Shown: positions 12,636 through 24,625, counted from the first letter of the whole stretch. The stretch is DNA of 61,232 bases, filler included, from Squatina squatina (GCA_031763465.1; 4 parts of 3 records of this genome joined end to end with filler, not necessarily neighbours in it); one strand, 5' to 3'. Made by a program: numbers and translations. The notes: generated by a model not told the origin, from the sequence alone.

Positions 12636-12818
12636 GTGTCAGTCGTGGCTCAGTGGGCAGCACCCTCATCTGTGTAGTCTGAAGGTCTGTGGGTTCAAGT
12701 CCCACTCCAGAGACATGAACACAAAAAGATAGGCTGACTCTCCAGTGCAGTACTGAGGGAGTGCTGCACTGTTGGAGGTGCTGTCTTTTGGATGAAACAT
12801 TAAACTGAGGTTCTATTT
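12636..12818 (+). mobile_element. DeuSINE (SacSINE1-like) 5' part with tRNA-derived head
   Basis: A box TGGCTCAGTGG, B box GGTTCAAGTCC, then CAGTACTGAGGGAGTGCTGCACTGTTGGAGGTGC core. Confidence 0.85.
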
Positions 12819-13621
12819 NNNNNNNNNNNNNNNNNNNNNNNNNNNNNNNNNNNNNNNNNNNNNNNNNNNNNNNNNNNNNNNNNNNNNNNNNNNNNNNNNN
12901 NNNNNNNNNNNNNNNNNNGTTTCTTGCAGACAGAAACAAGAAGAAACGGTTTGATATTTATTAGCAACTCCTTAAATGCAGAAGGTTACAGCTGTGACTC
13001 CAAGATAGTGAAAGTTTTCCTGTTAATCTAAAAAGGAGTGAGACCTTGAAACAGAAATTTATAGATTAGTTGGTCCCATCATCCCTGTGCAAGAGCATTC
13101 TACAGCACGATCAATATTCATGTCAAATTCACAGAGGCCATAAGGGATGGTCAGCTTATGCTTTAGAAGTAGATCATGCTCAACAAGTTACTGGAACTCT
13201 TTGAAGACGTAACTAAATTTATAGACACGCACCATTCAGCAGAAAGAATTAACATGAATTTTGATAAGGGAATTAATAAACATGCATATGTTAAAAAAAA
13301 TTAAGATCCATGGGAATTGATAGCAAATTAACTGGATAGATTCAAAACTGCCATGGTACTCGGTGTTGGATCGGCGCATCCTGGAAGGCTTGCCTGATGT
13401 CCAGAGACACTTGGAAGCAGTCCTGGGGACCAGGAGCACCCGGAGGGGGTCTGGGATCTGGGATCATTGGATTTGGGATCGCTGAATGTGACGAACTTGC
13501 ACCCTTGCAGAATTAGGGATGNNNNNNNNNNNNNNNNNNNNNNNNNNNNNNNNNNNNNNNNNNNNNNNNNNNNNNNNNNNNNNNNNNNNNNNNNNNNNNN
13601 NNNNNNNNNNNNNNNNNNNNN

Positions 13622-13776
13622 CTGTACTCATCCTCTCGCTCCCTTTGCATCTTCTCAGCTTGTTTAATCTGCCAGCTGAGTTCCATCATGAGGGTCTCGG
13701 TTACCATATCTGTGGGGTTCCTCTGGGAGTACCTGTGATAAGGCTCACTCCATTTAAACCAGGAAGCTATTGACAT
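13622..13776 (-). CDS. RD3: Retinal degeneration protein 3, first coding exon (3' part lost in gap)
   Basis: MSIASWFKWSEPYHRYSQRNPTDMVTETLMMELSWQIKQAEKMQREREDEY matches the RD3 N-terminus (human MSLISWLRWNEAP...EMVLETLMMEL) better than RD3L. Acceptor TATTTTCAG ending at 13799; ATG at 13776. Confidence 0.88.
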
Positions 13777-13982
13777 TGTTCTCTGGTGATGCTGTTGTCT
13801 GAAAATACATAAAGGAAGACTTAGTGATCGAAACAATTTTCTCTTAAAGACATACGAGAATTCTTTACCTTTTCCAGCTCAGCTACTGAGGACAACTGCG
13901 ATAGACAAATGTGCAGTGACTGTTCCTGAATTTTAACTCCCAGTTGAAATACTGAATGCACACCCTCTCTTAAGCCTTCTTA

Positions 13983-14578
13983 ACGTTATTGAGTTCTTTA
14001 ATGAAGTAACGGAGAAGGTAGATGAGGATTGTGAGGTTTATGTTGTGTGTAGGGATTTTCCAAAGGCGTTTGATAAAGTACCACGTAATAGACTTATTAG
14101 CAAAATTGAAGCCCATGGGATTAAAGGGTCAGTGGCTGTGTGGCTACAAAACTGGCTAAGGGACAAAAAGCAGAGAATAGTGGTGAACGGTTGTTTATCA
14201 GATTGGAGAGAAGTACACTGTGGTATTCCCCAGCGGACAATGTTGGGATCACTGCTCTTTTGATGTATATTAATGACCTGGACTTAGGTATGCAGCGCAT
14301 AATTTCAAAGCTTGCAGCTAACAAGAGAAGTTAAAGATAGTATTAGATCAAAGGAAGAGGCTTATAAAGCTGCCAAAAAAAGCAGTAAGCCTGAGGATTG
14401 GGATGATTTTAGAATTCAGCAAAGGAGGACCAAGAAATTAATAAAGAAAGGGAAAATAGAATGAGAGTAAACTAGCGAGAAATATAAATACGGACTGTAA
14501 AAGGTATGTAAAAAGGAAAAGATTAGCAAAAGCAAATGTGGGTCCCTTACAGGCTGAGACAGGAGAATTTATAATGGG
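13983..14578 (+). mobile_element. CR1-like LINE ORF2 fragments (two adjacent pieces)
   Basis: DFPKAFDKVPRNRLISKIEAHGIKG...GIPQ and YINDLD motifs; second piece contains NVGPLQAETGEFIM. Confidence 0.88.
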
Positions 14579-15529
14579 NNNNNNNNNNNNNNNNNNNNNN
14601 NNNNNNNNNNNNNNNNNNNNNNNNNNNNNNNNNNNNNNNNNNNNNNNNNNNNNNNNNNNNNNNNNNNNNNNNNNNNNNGTTCTCCATGGTCCTTCTCCAA
14701 TGGACTTTTCCACTGCAGTTTATCCCCTGTGGGCCCATCTCATCCTGGAAGAAGTGCAAGATTTTTTTTTGTCGTACAAAACAGGAGATCATGCTACAGG
14801 CTACAATTTGCTAAATACTATCCTCTTAATACAAGACATCTGCGGAACCATTATGTTTACATCTTTCGCTGGCTGCTAACTCATGTGCGACTAACTGAAA
14901 CAACATCTCTCCTTTGAAGACTGCCCACGAACCCGTCACAAAAGGAATCGGTTTCATTTGGCGGGCAAATTTAGGACGTTGTATAAATATAATTTTTTAA
15001 AAAGATATAGACTTAACGCAAACAATTCTGTCGTATCATCTAAGGAGGGATTCAAGAAAGGAGAAGTACGTTAGCAATGGCGGATACAATCTATAACGGT
15101 CCTTCAGAATCCAGAATTACTGAACCGAGGTACAGGAGGTACTGAACATTAATCGACATAATTTCATGGTGAGTGCACTTGCACTGTGCTATCAATGTTG
15201 AGTTTTTCTCCGCAACATTCTCTCCTCAAAGTACTGACTCATACCCGAGTATGAGAATCCTTGTGGAGCTTACACCTGTAATTGAATGACTGAAAGGCAA
15301 CATTCTCATGGTATATTTGTAACACAGCAGCCCACCCCAGATCATTACTGAGGCAACATCTTTTCAGTACATTTTGTTCAAATGCTTTCATGTGACACCA
15401 CAACAGAACAAATACTTATCGGCGATTACAAGTATGAATCCACAATTAATTTTTAGTGCCGCTGTTTGGACTGGAGAAAGTTAGAGCGAGAAAATGAGAG
15501 AAAGAGAGAAAAAGATAGAAAGAGAGAGA

Positions 15530-15959
15530 GAGAAAAAGACTTGCAATTCTACAGCACCGTTCATGACCACTGGACATCCCAAAACGCCTTAGAGACAATG
15601 AAATACTTTTGCAGTGTAGTCACTGTTGTAATATAGGAAACACAGCAGCCTAATTGCACACAGTAAGCTCCCACAAGCAGCAATGTGATAATGACCAGAT
15701 AATCTGTTTCAGTCTTGTTGGTTGAGGGATAAATATTAGCTTGGTCTCCTTGGCGGGGGAAACAGGACTTCTTTGAACAGTGCTACGTCGACCTGAAAGG
15801 GCAGACAGGGCTTTGTTTAACGTCTCATCCGAAAGACGGCACCTCCGACACTCCCTCAGTACTGCACTGAAATGTAGGTTTTGTGCTCAAGTCCCTGGAG
15901 TGGGGCTCCAGAAAACCCCTTCTGATTCAGGTCTGTCACCACCGAGCTACAGCTGACAC
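15530..15959 (-). mobile_element. DeuSINE (SacSINE1-like), near full length
   Basis: Reverse complement of head and core (AACGTCTCATCCGAAAGACGGCACCTCCGACA...CTCCCTCAGTACTGCACTG) plus 3' tail. Confidence 0.85.
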
Positions 15960-16456
15960 ACAGAATAAATAGATTATTGGTACGTGCCCAAATGATCTAA
16001 TATGCAGATAGCTGTGTAGGAATTCACCAACCATCTTCAAAAAGACTTGTGGAAAAATCATCCTCATTTCAACTAACATTTACTGATATGTTATAAAGTC
16101 TTATTTAAACACATAGACAACTGAAATCAGCTGACCATCTTAAGACTAATCAATTTTGAAGTGCCCTAAAGGGGGAACAGCTAAAGATGTTCAGTTCTAT
16201 TCTATTCTATTCAGTGCAATTCTAATAAGCACATGTCAGAATGGGGTGAAGCTCTTTGAGACACCCTGGCCAGAGCAATCAGACGGCAGAGAAATAGACT
16301 ATCATGCCTGCAAACCATCAAACTATCAAGTAATTTGTCACCCAAGTACAGAGAAGGAGAAACACACTGAAATAATGCAGCTCAATGGTAACAACTACTG
16401 ACTGAAGAGCTGAAAAAATATCTAGAGATCAGGATTTTGCACAATGTGCTCTCCTC

Positions 16457-16556
16457 NNNNNNNNNNNNNNNNNNNNNNNNNNNNNNNNNNNNNNNNNNNN
16501 TTAATTAATTAANNNNNNNNNNNNNNNNNNNNNNNNNNNNNNNNNNNNNNNNNNNN
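16457..16556. other. Artificial scaffold-joining spacer (44 N + TTAATTAATTAA + 44 N)
   Basis: 12-mer giving stops in all six frames, embedded in N run; identical at three sites. Confidence 0.95.
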
Positions 16557-16777
16557 ATAGCCTGGCCTGCATATAATAGCACAACTGCATTAGGGACCGT
16601 ACTTCTCACACATCTTCACACTCCCATGTCCTCACAAAGAAGGTGTGTATTTTGTCTCAAGGCTAATGATAACCATTGCACCATTGTCATTACATCATAA
16701 ATTACTACATTTGCACAAATCACTATAATCATGCCACTTTAACCACACCTGACCATTGAAGACAACATGACACTCAC

Positions 16778-17405
16778 CTTCACTAAACGAGTAAGGTCAT
16801 TAAACTTCTTGTGGCATTGATATCCTGTACGAACCACCACATCAGAGGCTGAGACATCCCTAACGATTTCCCTCCATAGGCCCTTCAGAAGCCGGGCACT
16901 TCCTCTTCTGCCACCAGTGGCAAACAGCCTGTCCACCCTCCTCTCCATGGTGGCTACAAGTGTGCCGACGGCTGCATCTAAAAACTTGGGCGCCCTGGCC
17001 CCTCTTCCACCAGCTGCTGTGCTTTGCAGACCAAAGGACTGTTTCAGTGACCTCCAGTGAACCACCTCTACTGTTCCCGTTCCTAATCGAGACTGACCGT
17101 AGCAGTGATTGACTCACTGCAAACATCCTCTTTGAGGGCTGAGGTGGGCTGTCAAGGGATTGATTCCGATCACCTAGTTCAATGAATTGGTCCCATGAAA
17201 CCTTTCTCGCCCGCTCTACACTGCACCTGCACCAATTGACACTCATTTTTAGGCCCATTTAGACCCCGCCTGAACAACAAAATTAAAGAGCCCAATATCG
17301 CAACATAATCCAGCAGCGCAGAAACGGCGCAAAATTCATGCCTATTCGGCATATTAAGTTAGCAGCACAGTGCACAACTGGGGCCCCGAAGTTATTTTTT
17401 GGCCC
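16778..17405 (-). mobile_element. PIF/Harbinger transposon fragment: terminus plus exon encoding a Myb/SANT-like DNA-binding domain
   Basis: RAPKFLDAAVGTLVATMERRVDRLF...LWREIVRDVSASDVVVRTGYQCHKKFNDL is a NAIF1/MSANTD-type Myb/SANT signature. It ends at an AAG|GTGAGT donor near 16778. Candidate TIR GGGCCAAAAAATAAC at 17405-17391. Confidence 0.75.
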
Positions 17406-18180
17406 AAATATTTTATAGATGGGAAAGAAAGCTTGTCTCTTTAAGTTACAATCCATGATTTGTTGATTACCCATTGTCAGCCTATTGCATGATAAGAATG
17501 GAGATCAATCATATCCTGCCTTGTTCCCCAGGAGAGCCTGTCAGAGCCAACAAAGGCTGCTTTATCATCATCAGAACTTGAGAGAGGAAATCCGTTTGTT
17601 GCAAAATGGCACTNNNNNNNNNNCTTCTCACAGCTGTAATTGTTTTTCTAACCAATATTGTGACCGTCCCCCACCCCCACTTCCTTTTTAAGAAAAAGAA
17701 ACTCCAGATTAAACATGGTGCTTGTGAACAACAGCTGCTCTTAACACAAAATGTGCATATACAGTACCTGGTTCAAGCAGTAGTTTATTGCCTTTTTGTT
17801 CATATAACCACTGGGCCAACAGTCAACTGTAACAAACTGTATTAAGTTAAAACTTAAAGGTGATTTTTGTCAGCTGACTGTTTTATGGTGTTTGCAATCA
17901 GATATTGTCTGTGGATTCAGTCAGGACTGTAGTGGCTTTTCAGCACAAAATATTGAAAGTACACTGGCACTAAAGTGCAAATATAACATTACTGAGCAAG
18001 TAACACTGAATCTTTTTGTAATAAGATCTTGTTTGTCATTATCCGATTTCGCTATAGTAGGGGTTTTACTGCATGATGATTAATAATCAGTTTTATGGAC
18101 ATAGCTTGTTGCTTTCCCTATTTCATCACATTCAGCTAGTCACTATGTAGCAGTGCTGTACATATTCACAGATAGCTTAC

Positions 18181-18354
18181 TGTCCTGAAACTGTATCCTG
18201 ACCTCTGCTTCTTCAGTGTTGAAGTCTGACCTGGAACTGATTGCAGCTTTTGCAACTGAAAAATTGCTGTCTTGTAGCTGATCTGAATCGACCATATTTC
18301 AACTGTGTTTTCAAAGGATTTAGTAACTGCATCGATAGAGGTCCACCACAATAT
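18181..18354 (-). CDS. Candidate exon (174 nt, phase 0-0) of an unidentified gene
   Basis: CAG acceptor (weak pyrimidine tract), GTAAGC donor. Open frame ILWWTSIDAVTKSFENTVEIWSIQISYKTAIFQLQKLQSVPGQTSTLKKQRSGYSFRT. Confidence 0.35.
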
Positions 18355-18613
18355 CTGTTATATTACCTTTTTGGACCAGAATAGTCACAGCCTGGTTACA
18401 AAGGGTGTTGGGTACTAAATTCACTCTGGAGCATTCGATTCACTCTGGAGCATCCGCGATGCTGAGGACATCGTGGATAGCACGTTTAGTGAGTTGGTCA
18501 CACCGCAGGTGAANNNNNNNNNNNNNNNNNNNNNNNNNNNNNNNNNNNNNNNNNNNNNNNNNNNNNNNNNNNNNNNNNNNNNNNNNNNNNNNNNNNNNNN
18601 NNNNNNNNNNNNN

Positions 18614-18855
18614 GATGTTGGCTGGGGAGAGCTCCCCTGTTCTTCTTCGAAATAGTGCCATGGGATCTTTTTCATCCACCTGGTAAGGGGAAATGAGATT
18701 TCGGTTTAATGTCTCATCTGAAAGATAGTGGCTCCGACAGTGCAGCACTCCCTCAGTACTGCACTGCAGTGCCAGTCTAGATTATGTGCTCAAGTCTCTG
18801 GAATGGGACTTGAACCCACAACCCTCTGACTAAGAGGTGAAAGTTCTACCACTTG
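18614..18855 (-). mobile_element. DeuSINE (SacSINE1-like) fragment
   Basis: TTCTTCGAAATAGTGCCATGGGATC...CAGCACTCCCTCAGTACTGCACTG...GGGACTTGAACCC (B box, reverse). Confidence 0.85.
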
Positions 18856-20162
18856 AAGTGTATTCCCCCTGGATACTTTGTGGATCCAGAATAGCCCACA
18901 TCATGCAGGTTGCACGCATCATGAGCTATCCTTGTGACCCTGCCATCTCTTTGTGCTGGTCCTTTCTAAATCTGACTTAACCACTTCTAATCTCACTTAC
19001 CCAGACAGTATGAGCCTGAGCTTCTTCACAGCACCAAACACCCTTTAAAAACCAAAACTCTCTTAATCAAGTTCGGCTTCAACTTGCCAATGACTCATTT
19101 AGTCTCTGCAGAGTTTTGAGGGTATGCTCAAGCAGGAGCCTTAGGTCCCAGAGCTGCTCTACAACATGAAGGGAGTACAGGTCTGCACATTTAGATGCCC
19201 CATCTCCTCCTCAAAACTGTTCCATTAGAAGCTTTCATGACTTGAGGGAGGGAGCATCTTGATTAACCACTCTGTGAAAATAAAAGCCCACCTGCCTCCC
19301 ACCCTCCCACAGCTTTCTTACTTTACTTACTCATTTCAATCATGTTTATTGCCTCAACGTATTAAAATTAGTTTGAAATGAAGTGGAAGAAAAATCAAAA
19401 AATAATACCAGCACATTTACCAATGCATAGTACCTATCTTAAAGTGNNNNNNNNNNNNNNNNNNNNNNNNNNNNNNNNNNNNNNNNNNNNNNNNNNNNNN
19501 NNNNNNNNNNNNNNNNNNNNNNNNNNNNNNNNNNNNNNNNNNNNNNCCCAGGTATGGAAGCACAATTCAAGACTTTGGCAGAATTGGTCTTTATAGCGAG
19601 TTAAGAATTTTCTTCTCCAGCTTTCTCCTTTTTTTTTTAAATGACTGAATTACTACATCTTGAAAGGAGAGATAGAAGAAATGGTCTAGCTATAATGATG
19701 CCATTTCACTGTGAGAAGACTGGAGGTTGTAGGCATGGAGAGCATGCAATCTGAGGGATTTTGAGGCTATTTGGACATTTAGCCAGAGCGAACTAAATCA
19801 GCTTTAACATTCATTTTAAAAATCTCAATTATTTCACTTTAAAGTTTTTTTCCAAATAAAATAAACTCAACTTCTTTCACTTTTCCTGATAGCTTGAATT
19901 CCTGATTATTTTGGATCCTCACCTCAAACCCTGTAAGGGAAATAATATCCTATTTATGATTTGATGACTAGAATTGCACATCTTGCCTCTGTTATTTAGC
20001 TTAGCAAAACCTAAGAGTTTCAAAGGCCTTGTGAAAGAGACTCAGCTCTCAAACAAAATGTTTCTATTGTCTGGAGAGAAACTTGGGCTTGGATTGTGAC
20101 CAGGATGGAGGGCACATACATAGCAATTGCCTGTGGGCCTGACACAAAAACAAAAGGCTCAC

Positions 20163-20336
20163 CCTATGAAACAGTTCAGTGTGGTTGCAGTCTGACACAT
20201 CTTCCTCCAGGATCTCCTCAGAGAAGTCAGTCAAGTTTTAGCACGAGCTGTTCAGCTCCTTAAACTTAGGAATCACTTCCATTTTCTTCTTCCAAGAGGA
20301 TCCAAAGGATGAGAACAAAGAATAATCTTGGAGGGA
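20163..20336 (-). pseudogene. Candidate exon (174 nt, phase 0-0) of an unidentified gene with one in-frame TAA
   Basis: TTTTTCTTTATTAG acceptor, AGG|GTGAGC donor. SLQDYSLFSSFGSSWKKKMEVIPKFKELNSSC*NLTDFSEEILEEDVSDCNHTELFHR, stop at 20240-20238. Confidence 0.4.
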
Positions 20337-21983
20337 CTAATAAAGAAAAATCTCCTAAAATCAGGGCTGATGTTAACTATCTCTTCAGTGACCTAAATAA
20401 AAGTCTATTTTCCCAGACCCGTGGTTTTAGTTTTTATCCCTTCAGTGATCTTGCTGACAACAGAATTCAGAATCTTTCACCCAAATAGTAAGCAGTATTT
20501 TACATCTGGGTTTTAAAGCTAATTTTTTTTTAAATAAATAGAATCTTTATGAAGTAATTGCCCCCACCTGGCAGTTTTCCGAGTTTTGTTCGCAATTCTT
20601 TGAAAAGAATCTTAGGGACATTCACATCCTCCTCCTCTAAATGAAAACAAGTATGTTTAGTGACATATATTGGAGGAGCCTACGCCAATTAACCCATNNN
20701 NNNNNNNAAAACACTGCAATTCTTCTCAGTGTAAAGAACGTCTGTTTTTTTCATGCCTACGCAAACCCTGGCCCACCAAATCTCAGAGTCAGCCAAACAC
20801 AAAAAAAGGCTCCCAGGCCTGGTAATGGCTGACATGCAATTCCATTTGTTTGTGCTATACTTATGATGTTAAATTTCCACTTGTTTATGAAGCTGTTGCT
20901 GAGTAAAACACTTGATAAACTGAGTACTCTTCTTCACACCTCTGCTGTGCTAAATGTGAATCATCAGCAATGGAACATTAATTTTNNNNNNNNNNNNNNN
21001 NNNNNNNNNNNNNNNNNNNNNNNNNNNNNNNNNNNNNNNNNNNNNNNNNNNNNNNNNNNNNNNNNNNNNNNNNNNNNNNNNNNNNATTGTTTGCCATGAG
21101 CAGCATAGTAATCAAGTCGATGGTTCCTGAGTAAAGTTTCTGAAAAGTTTCTCTCTGTCCCTGAAAGCAAAGCAAACAAAATTGCAGAATACCTAACTAA
21201 CCTTAAACCCAACACAATTCATCCTTGACCACCCAAAGGCCTGAGTTCAATTCCGTCCAGAAGTAATTACAATCTAGCACAGGTCACACGTCTCTAGTGT
21301 TCTCTGTGCAAACCTGAGGTGTTTGTTCTGGAGCCAAGCCAATACATCAGAATTTGCCTTCAGCATGTGTGATCAGAATATCAAGTTACCACTGTATTTG
21401 CAAAGATGCCGTGGTAGCCTTTAACAGTTGAAGCTGCATACCATGCATAATTTTAAACAAAAACTCCTTTCAAGAGCCTGGAGGGGTTCAACCGATACCA
21501 CAACTACTGTATATATCTATAAGAATTTCTGTACTGGCATTTCAGTAAAATATATCATATAACATGGAATATTTATTGATTCTGTTTCCATAGCAATGCC
21601 AGCTAAGTTATTTGAAGATGNNNNNNNNNNNNNNNNNNNNNNNNNNNNNNNNNNNNNNNNNNNNNNNNNNNNNNNNNNNNNNNNNNNNNNNNNNNNNNNN
21701 NNNNNNNNNNNNNNNNNNNNTTATGATCATTACAATACATGTTTTCCGATCTCCCAGGAACCTGTTATGATTCCCGCCTACTATCCCCAATATCTTGTAC
21801 AAAAAGGTGAGAACTGGATGAAAGTGTAAATACTGGATGGTGGGTAACAATAGTTATAGTCAAAAAGACTGGCTGATGACTCATTTCTTTAATTCTAATA
21901 TCATATCTCCACTGAAGATTTTTATAATCAGATGTATCGGCCCTTTGGCATTCTTACAATCTGTGCCATTTGGCTTTGCTAAT

Positions 21984-22312
21984 GTCAGCGTTTGCTCAGT
22001 GGAACCTCCGAGCCAGAAAGTTGTGGGTTTAAACTCCATTCCAAAGACTTAAGCACATAGTCTAGACTGATGCTTTGAGGGAGTGCTGCACAATGGGATA
22101 AGATATTAAGCTAAGGTCCATCTGCCCTCTCAGGTGGACATAAGAGATTCTATGGTACTATTAAAAAAAGAGTAGGGCAGTTCTCCCAGTGCCAACATTT
22201 AACCTTCAACCAACACCACTAAAACAGATCAACTGGTCATTTATCTTATTGCTGTTTGTGAGACCCTACTATACAGATATTGGCTGCTATGGTTTCCTAC
22301 ATTATAACAGTG
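21984..22312 (+). mobile_element. DeuSINE (SacSINE1-like), diverged copy
   Basis: GTCAGCGTTTGCTCAGTGG head, GAGGGAGTGCTGCAC and TCTGCCCTCTCAGGTGGAC core, TTTCCTACATTATAACAGTGA tail. Confidence 0.75.
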
Positions 22313-22746
22313 ATAGGAGAAGATATTTGGGCCGATTCCACAATGTAGCATTTGGGGAACAGTCCTCTTGTCCTGAGTACAAGATCAGGAAGTCGGCTGC
22401 TGTAATGTTTCCATCAGCTAGCCTAGCCCAATAATGCTTGGCAGCTAAGCATTTGGGAAATCATGGTAGAATACGTATTGGTCTATGATACAGCTGGTTA
22501 CCACACCCAAAGCAGTGCACGACTCAGCTAACTCAAGCTCCGGAAGCTTCTAAAAAACATTTTTCCATGGAATCAGGAAGGTTGACCTCAGCACAGTTGG
22601 TGTTGAACTCCTGATTCTGCGGGAAAAGAAGTTCTACAAGTTTTTGAGGCTGTGCTCTGGGCAAGTATTGGTATAATTATAGGCAAAAAATTATTTACAT
22701 TAATGCAAATTTGTCCCACAATGAATTCCACACGCTCTTGACTCAC

Positions 22747-22801
22747 CCATCTACACAGGGTGCTGAGAGGCCTCCAAACTGTTTGATCCTGACCTCCATC
22801 A
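22747..22801 (-). CDS. Candidate 55-nt exon of an unidentified gene
   Basis: Pyrimidine-rich acceptor TTTTCTTTTTCGTTGACTTCAAG and perfect donor TGG|GTGAGT. Open as DGGQDQTVWRPLSTLCRW (phase-0 end) or MEVRIKQFGGLSAPCVD. Confidence 0.45.
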
Positions 22802-22939
22802 CTTGAAGTCAACGAAAAAGAAAATCAGTACAGTATAAANNNNNNNNNNNNNNNNNNNNNNNNNNNNNNNNNNNNNNNNNNNNNNNNNNNNNNNNNNNNN
22901 NNNNNNNNNNNNNNNNNNNNNNNNNNNNNNNNNNNNNNN

Positions 22940-23150
22940 TCTTCCGCGGCTACGTTCGTGCACGGGTGTCCCTGGAGAGGGAGCACGCGGTGTCCGCTGG
23001 TATGCTCGCGGCCTTCCGCGACCGGTGGGCGCCGGGGGGACTGGAGTGCATCCTTGCTGGGGATAACACTGTTTTAATTTGACCATTGGGGTTTTTGTTA
23101 ATGTTTTTTTGTATTTAGTTTAATTGTTGTTTGTTGCATTTGTAAAAAAA
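22940..23150 (+). mobile_element. Tx1/L1-clade LINE 3' end (ORF2 C-terminus, 3' UTR, short poly-A)
   Basis: 22942-23082 encodes FRGYVRARVSLEREHAVSAGMLAAFRDRWAPGGLECILAGDNTVLI*, resembling fish/shark Tx1 ORF2 C-termini. T-rich UTR and A7 at 23144-23150. Confidence 0.75.
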
Positions 23151-23880
23151 GATATTGAGAGTTGGTGCCACAGATGGCAGTATTTATATCGCTGCTGCAG
23201 CCCTGCTGCCTCTCCAGGTGGATCTTGGTACTTCCGGGAGCAGCAGCTCTGTCTCGTTTACCTTTCAATGCTGACATGGAAGTTGGGGCTGTCATAAGGA
23301 GCCATCATGTACACTGAGTGACTGACTGGCTTGTAGTGACTTACAAGCACCTTATGTTATTCTTCAAGCATACCCTCATTAACAAACAATTTCTGCAGTA
23401 TGGTAAACATTGCGTATACAGCATTTAAGCACAAGTGAAGAGAACTCCTGTTATTTAAAGAGGCAACTATTCTCATACTTGGCAAACTTTTTGTTATTTG
23501 TTTAAAAACACACAATGCAATGATATAAATGGCATTGAAATACACCATCCTATCACTTGCAGCATGTAATTGCATTGTGACAAAAAGCTTCTATGACTTC
23601 TTTGGCTCTGCTCCAGCTTTGCACAATATTTTTCTAGAAGATAGTCTTCTGATAACTGCAGGAAGAATAACAACATAGGCTCTTCCTGTCATGTGATGTG
23701 AAATTGCTGCAATACTACTTGTGGCCTGTGGTGCTTATAGAAGGCATGAACTTTAATAGTGAAACTCAACCAGTTTATGATATCTTTGTATTTCCTAAGA
23801 ATTATACAATAGATTTTACAAACTTACACTCCCAGGGTGGCGATTTAAAAAATTAATTCTGTGGATACGGTTATCTAACA

Positions 23881-24276
23881 AGGCCAGAATTTCATGCCTT
23901 GCCTGGAGAATTTTGTAGCAGGTCAGCACGCAACGTCATAAAAGTGTGCCCTTACTTCCCCGCTGTGACCCTTACTGGCCCCGTTGCGCCCGGCAAGTGG
24001 AATTCCCCACGAGACGCAATGGCCCCCTTAAAGGGCAGGGCTGGAGCGCTGGCAGCCACCATTTTAAATTGTTGTCCGACCGACTGAGCCCCAAACGGGC
24101 CACCATCCACTTACCCGGCATGCCCACTAGTGTGCCAGGCTGGTGGCCCGTTCACTGGGGTCCCTGGCTTAGTGGCGCGCGGAAGGCCAGTGGCCCTCCC
24201 CTTTAAGGGATGGGGAGCGCTGTATCTGACGTCATCGCAGCGTAAATGCAGGGCCCTGGCATCGCTAGAGAGGCTG
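23881..24276. mobile_element. GC-rich Harbinger-like non-autonomous element, one end
   Basis: Starts AGGCCAGAATTTC, similar to other GG..RRAWTT termini in the window. Internal CCCTTAAAGGG/CCCTTTAAGGG motifs. Runs into a gap. Confidence 0.5.
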
Positions 24277-24376
24277 NNNNNNNNNNNNNNNNNNNNNNNN
24301 NNNNNNNNNNNNNNNNNNNNNNNNNNNNNNNNNNNNNNNNNNNNNNNNNNNNNNNNNNNNNNNNNNNNNNNNNNNN

Positions 24377-24625
24377 CATTACCTCACACTTCTCCGGATT
24401 GAATTCCATTTGCCACTTTTCTGCCCACCTGACCAGTCCATTGATATCTTCCTTCAGTCTACAGTTCTCTTCCTCACTATCAACCACAAGGCCAATTTTT
24501 GTATTCTGCAAACTTCTTAATCATGCCCACTACATTCAAGTCCAAATCATTCATACATACCACAAAAAGCAAGGAACCTAGCACTGAGCCCTGCGGAACC
24601 CCACTGGAAACAGTCTTACAGTCAC
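24377..24625 (-). mobile_element. CR1-like LINE RT fragment
   Basis: SSGVPQGSVLGSLLF...NDLDLNV...KFA and LVRWAEKWQMEFNPEKCEVM. Confidence 0.92.

Noticed and set aside
12636-12710. tRNA gene (A and B boxes)
   Set aside because: It is the tRNA-derived head of a SINE and continues directly into the Deu core.
16501-16512. TTAATTAATTAA as a biological motif
   Set aside because: Embedded symmetrically in N runs three times; a pipeline spacer.
21721-21806. Possible plus-strand exon (YDHYNTCFPISQEPVMIPAYYPQYLVQK with AAG|GTGAGA donor)
   Set aside because: Acceptor hidden in a gap, no partner exons, no recognisable homology.
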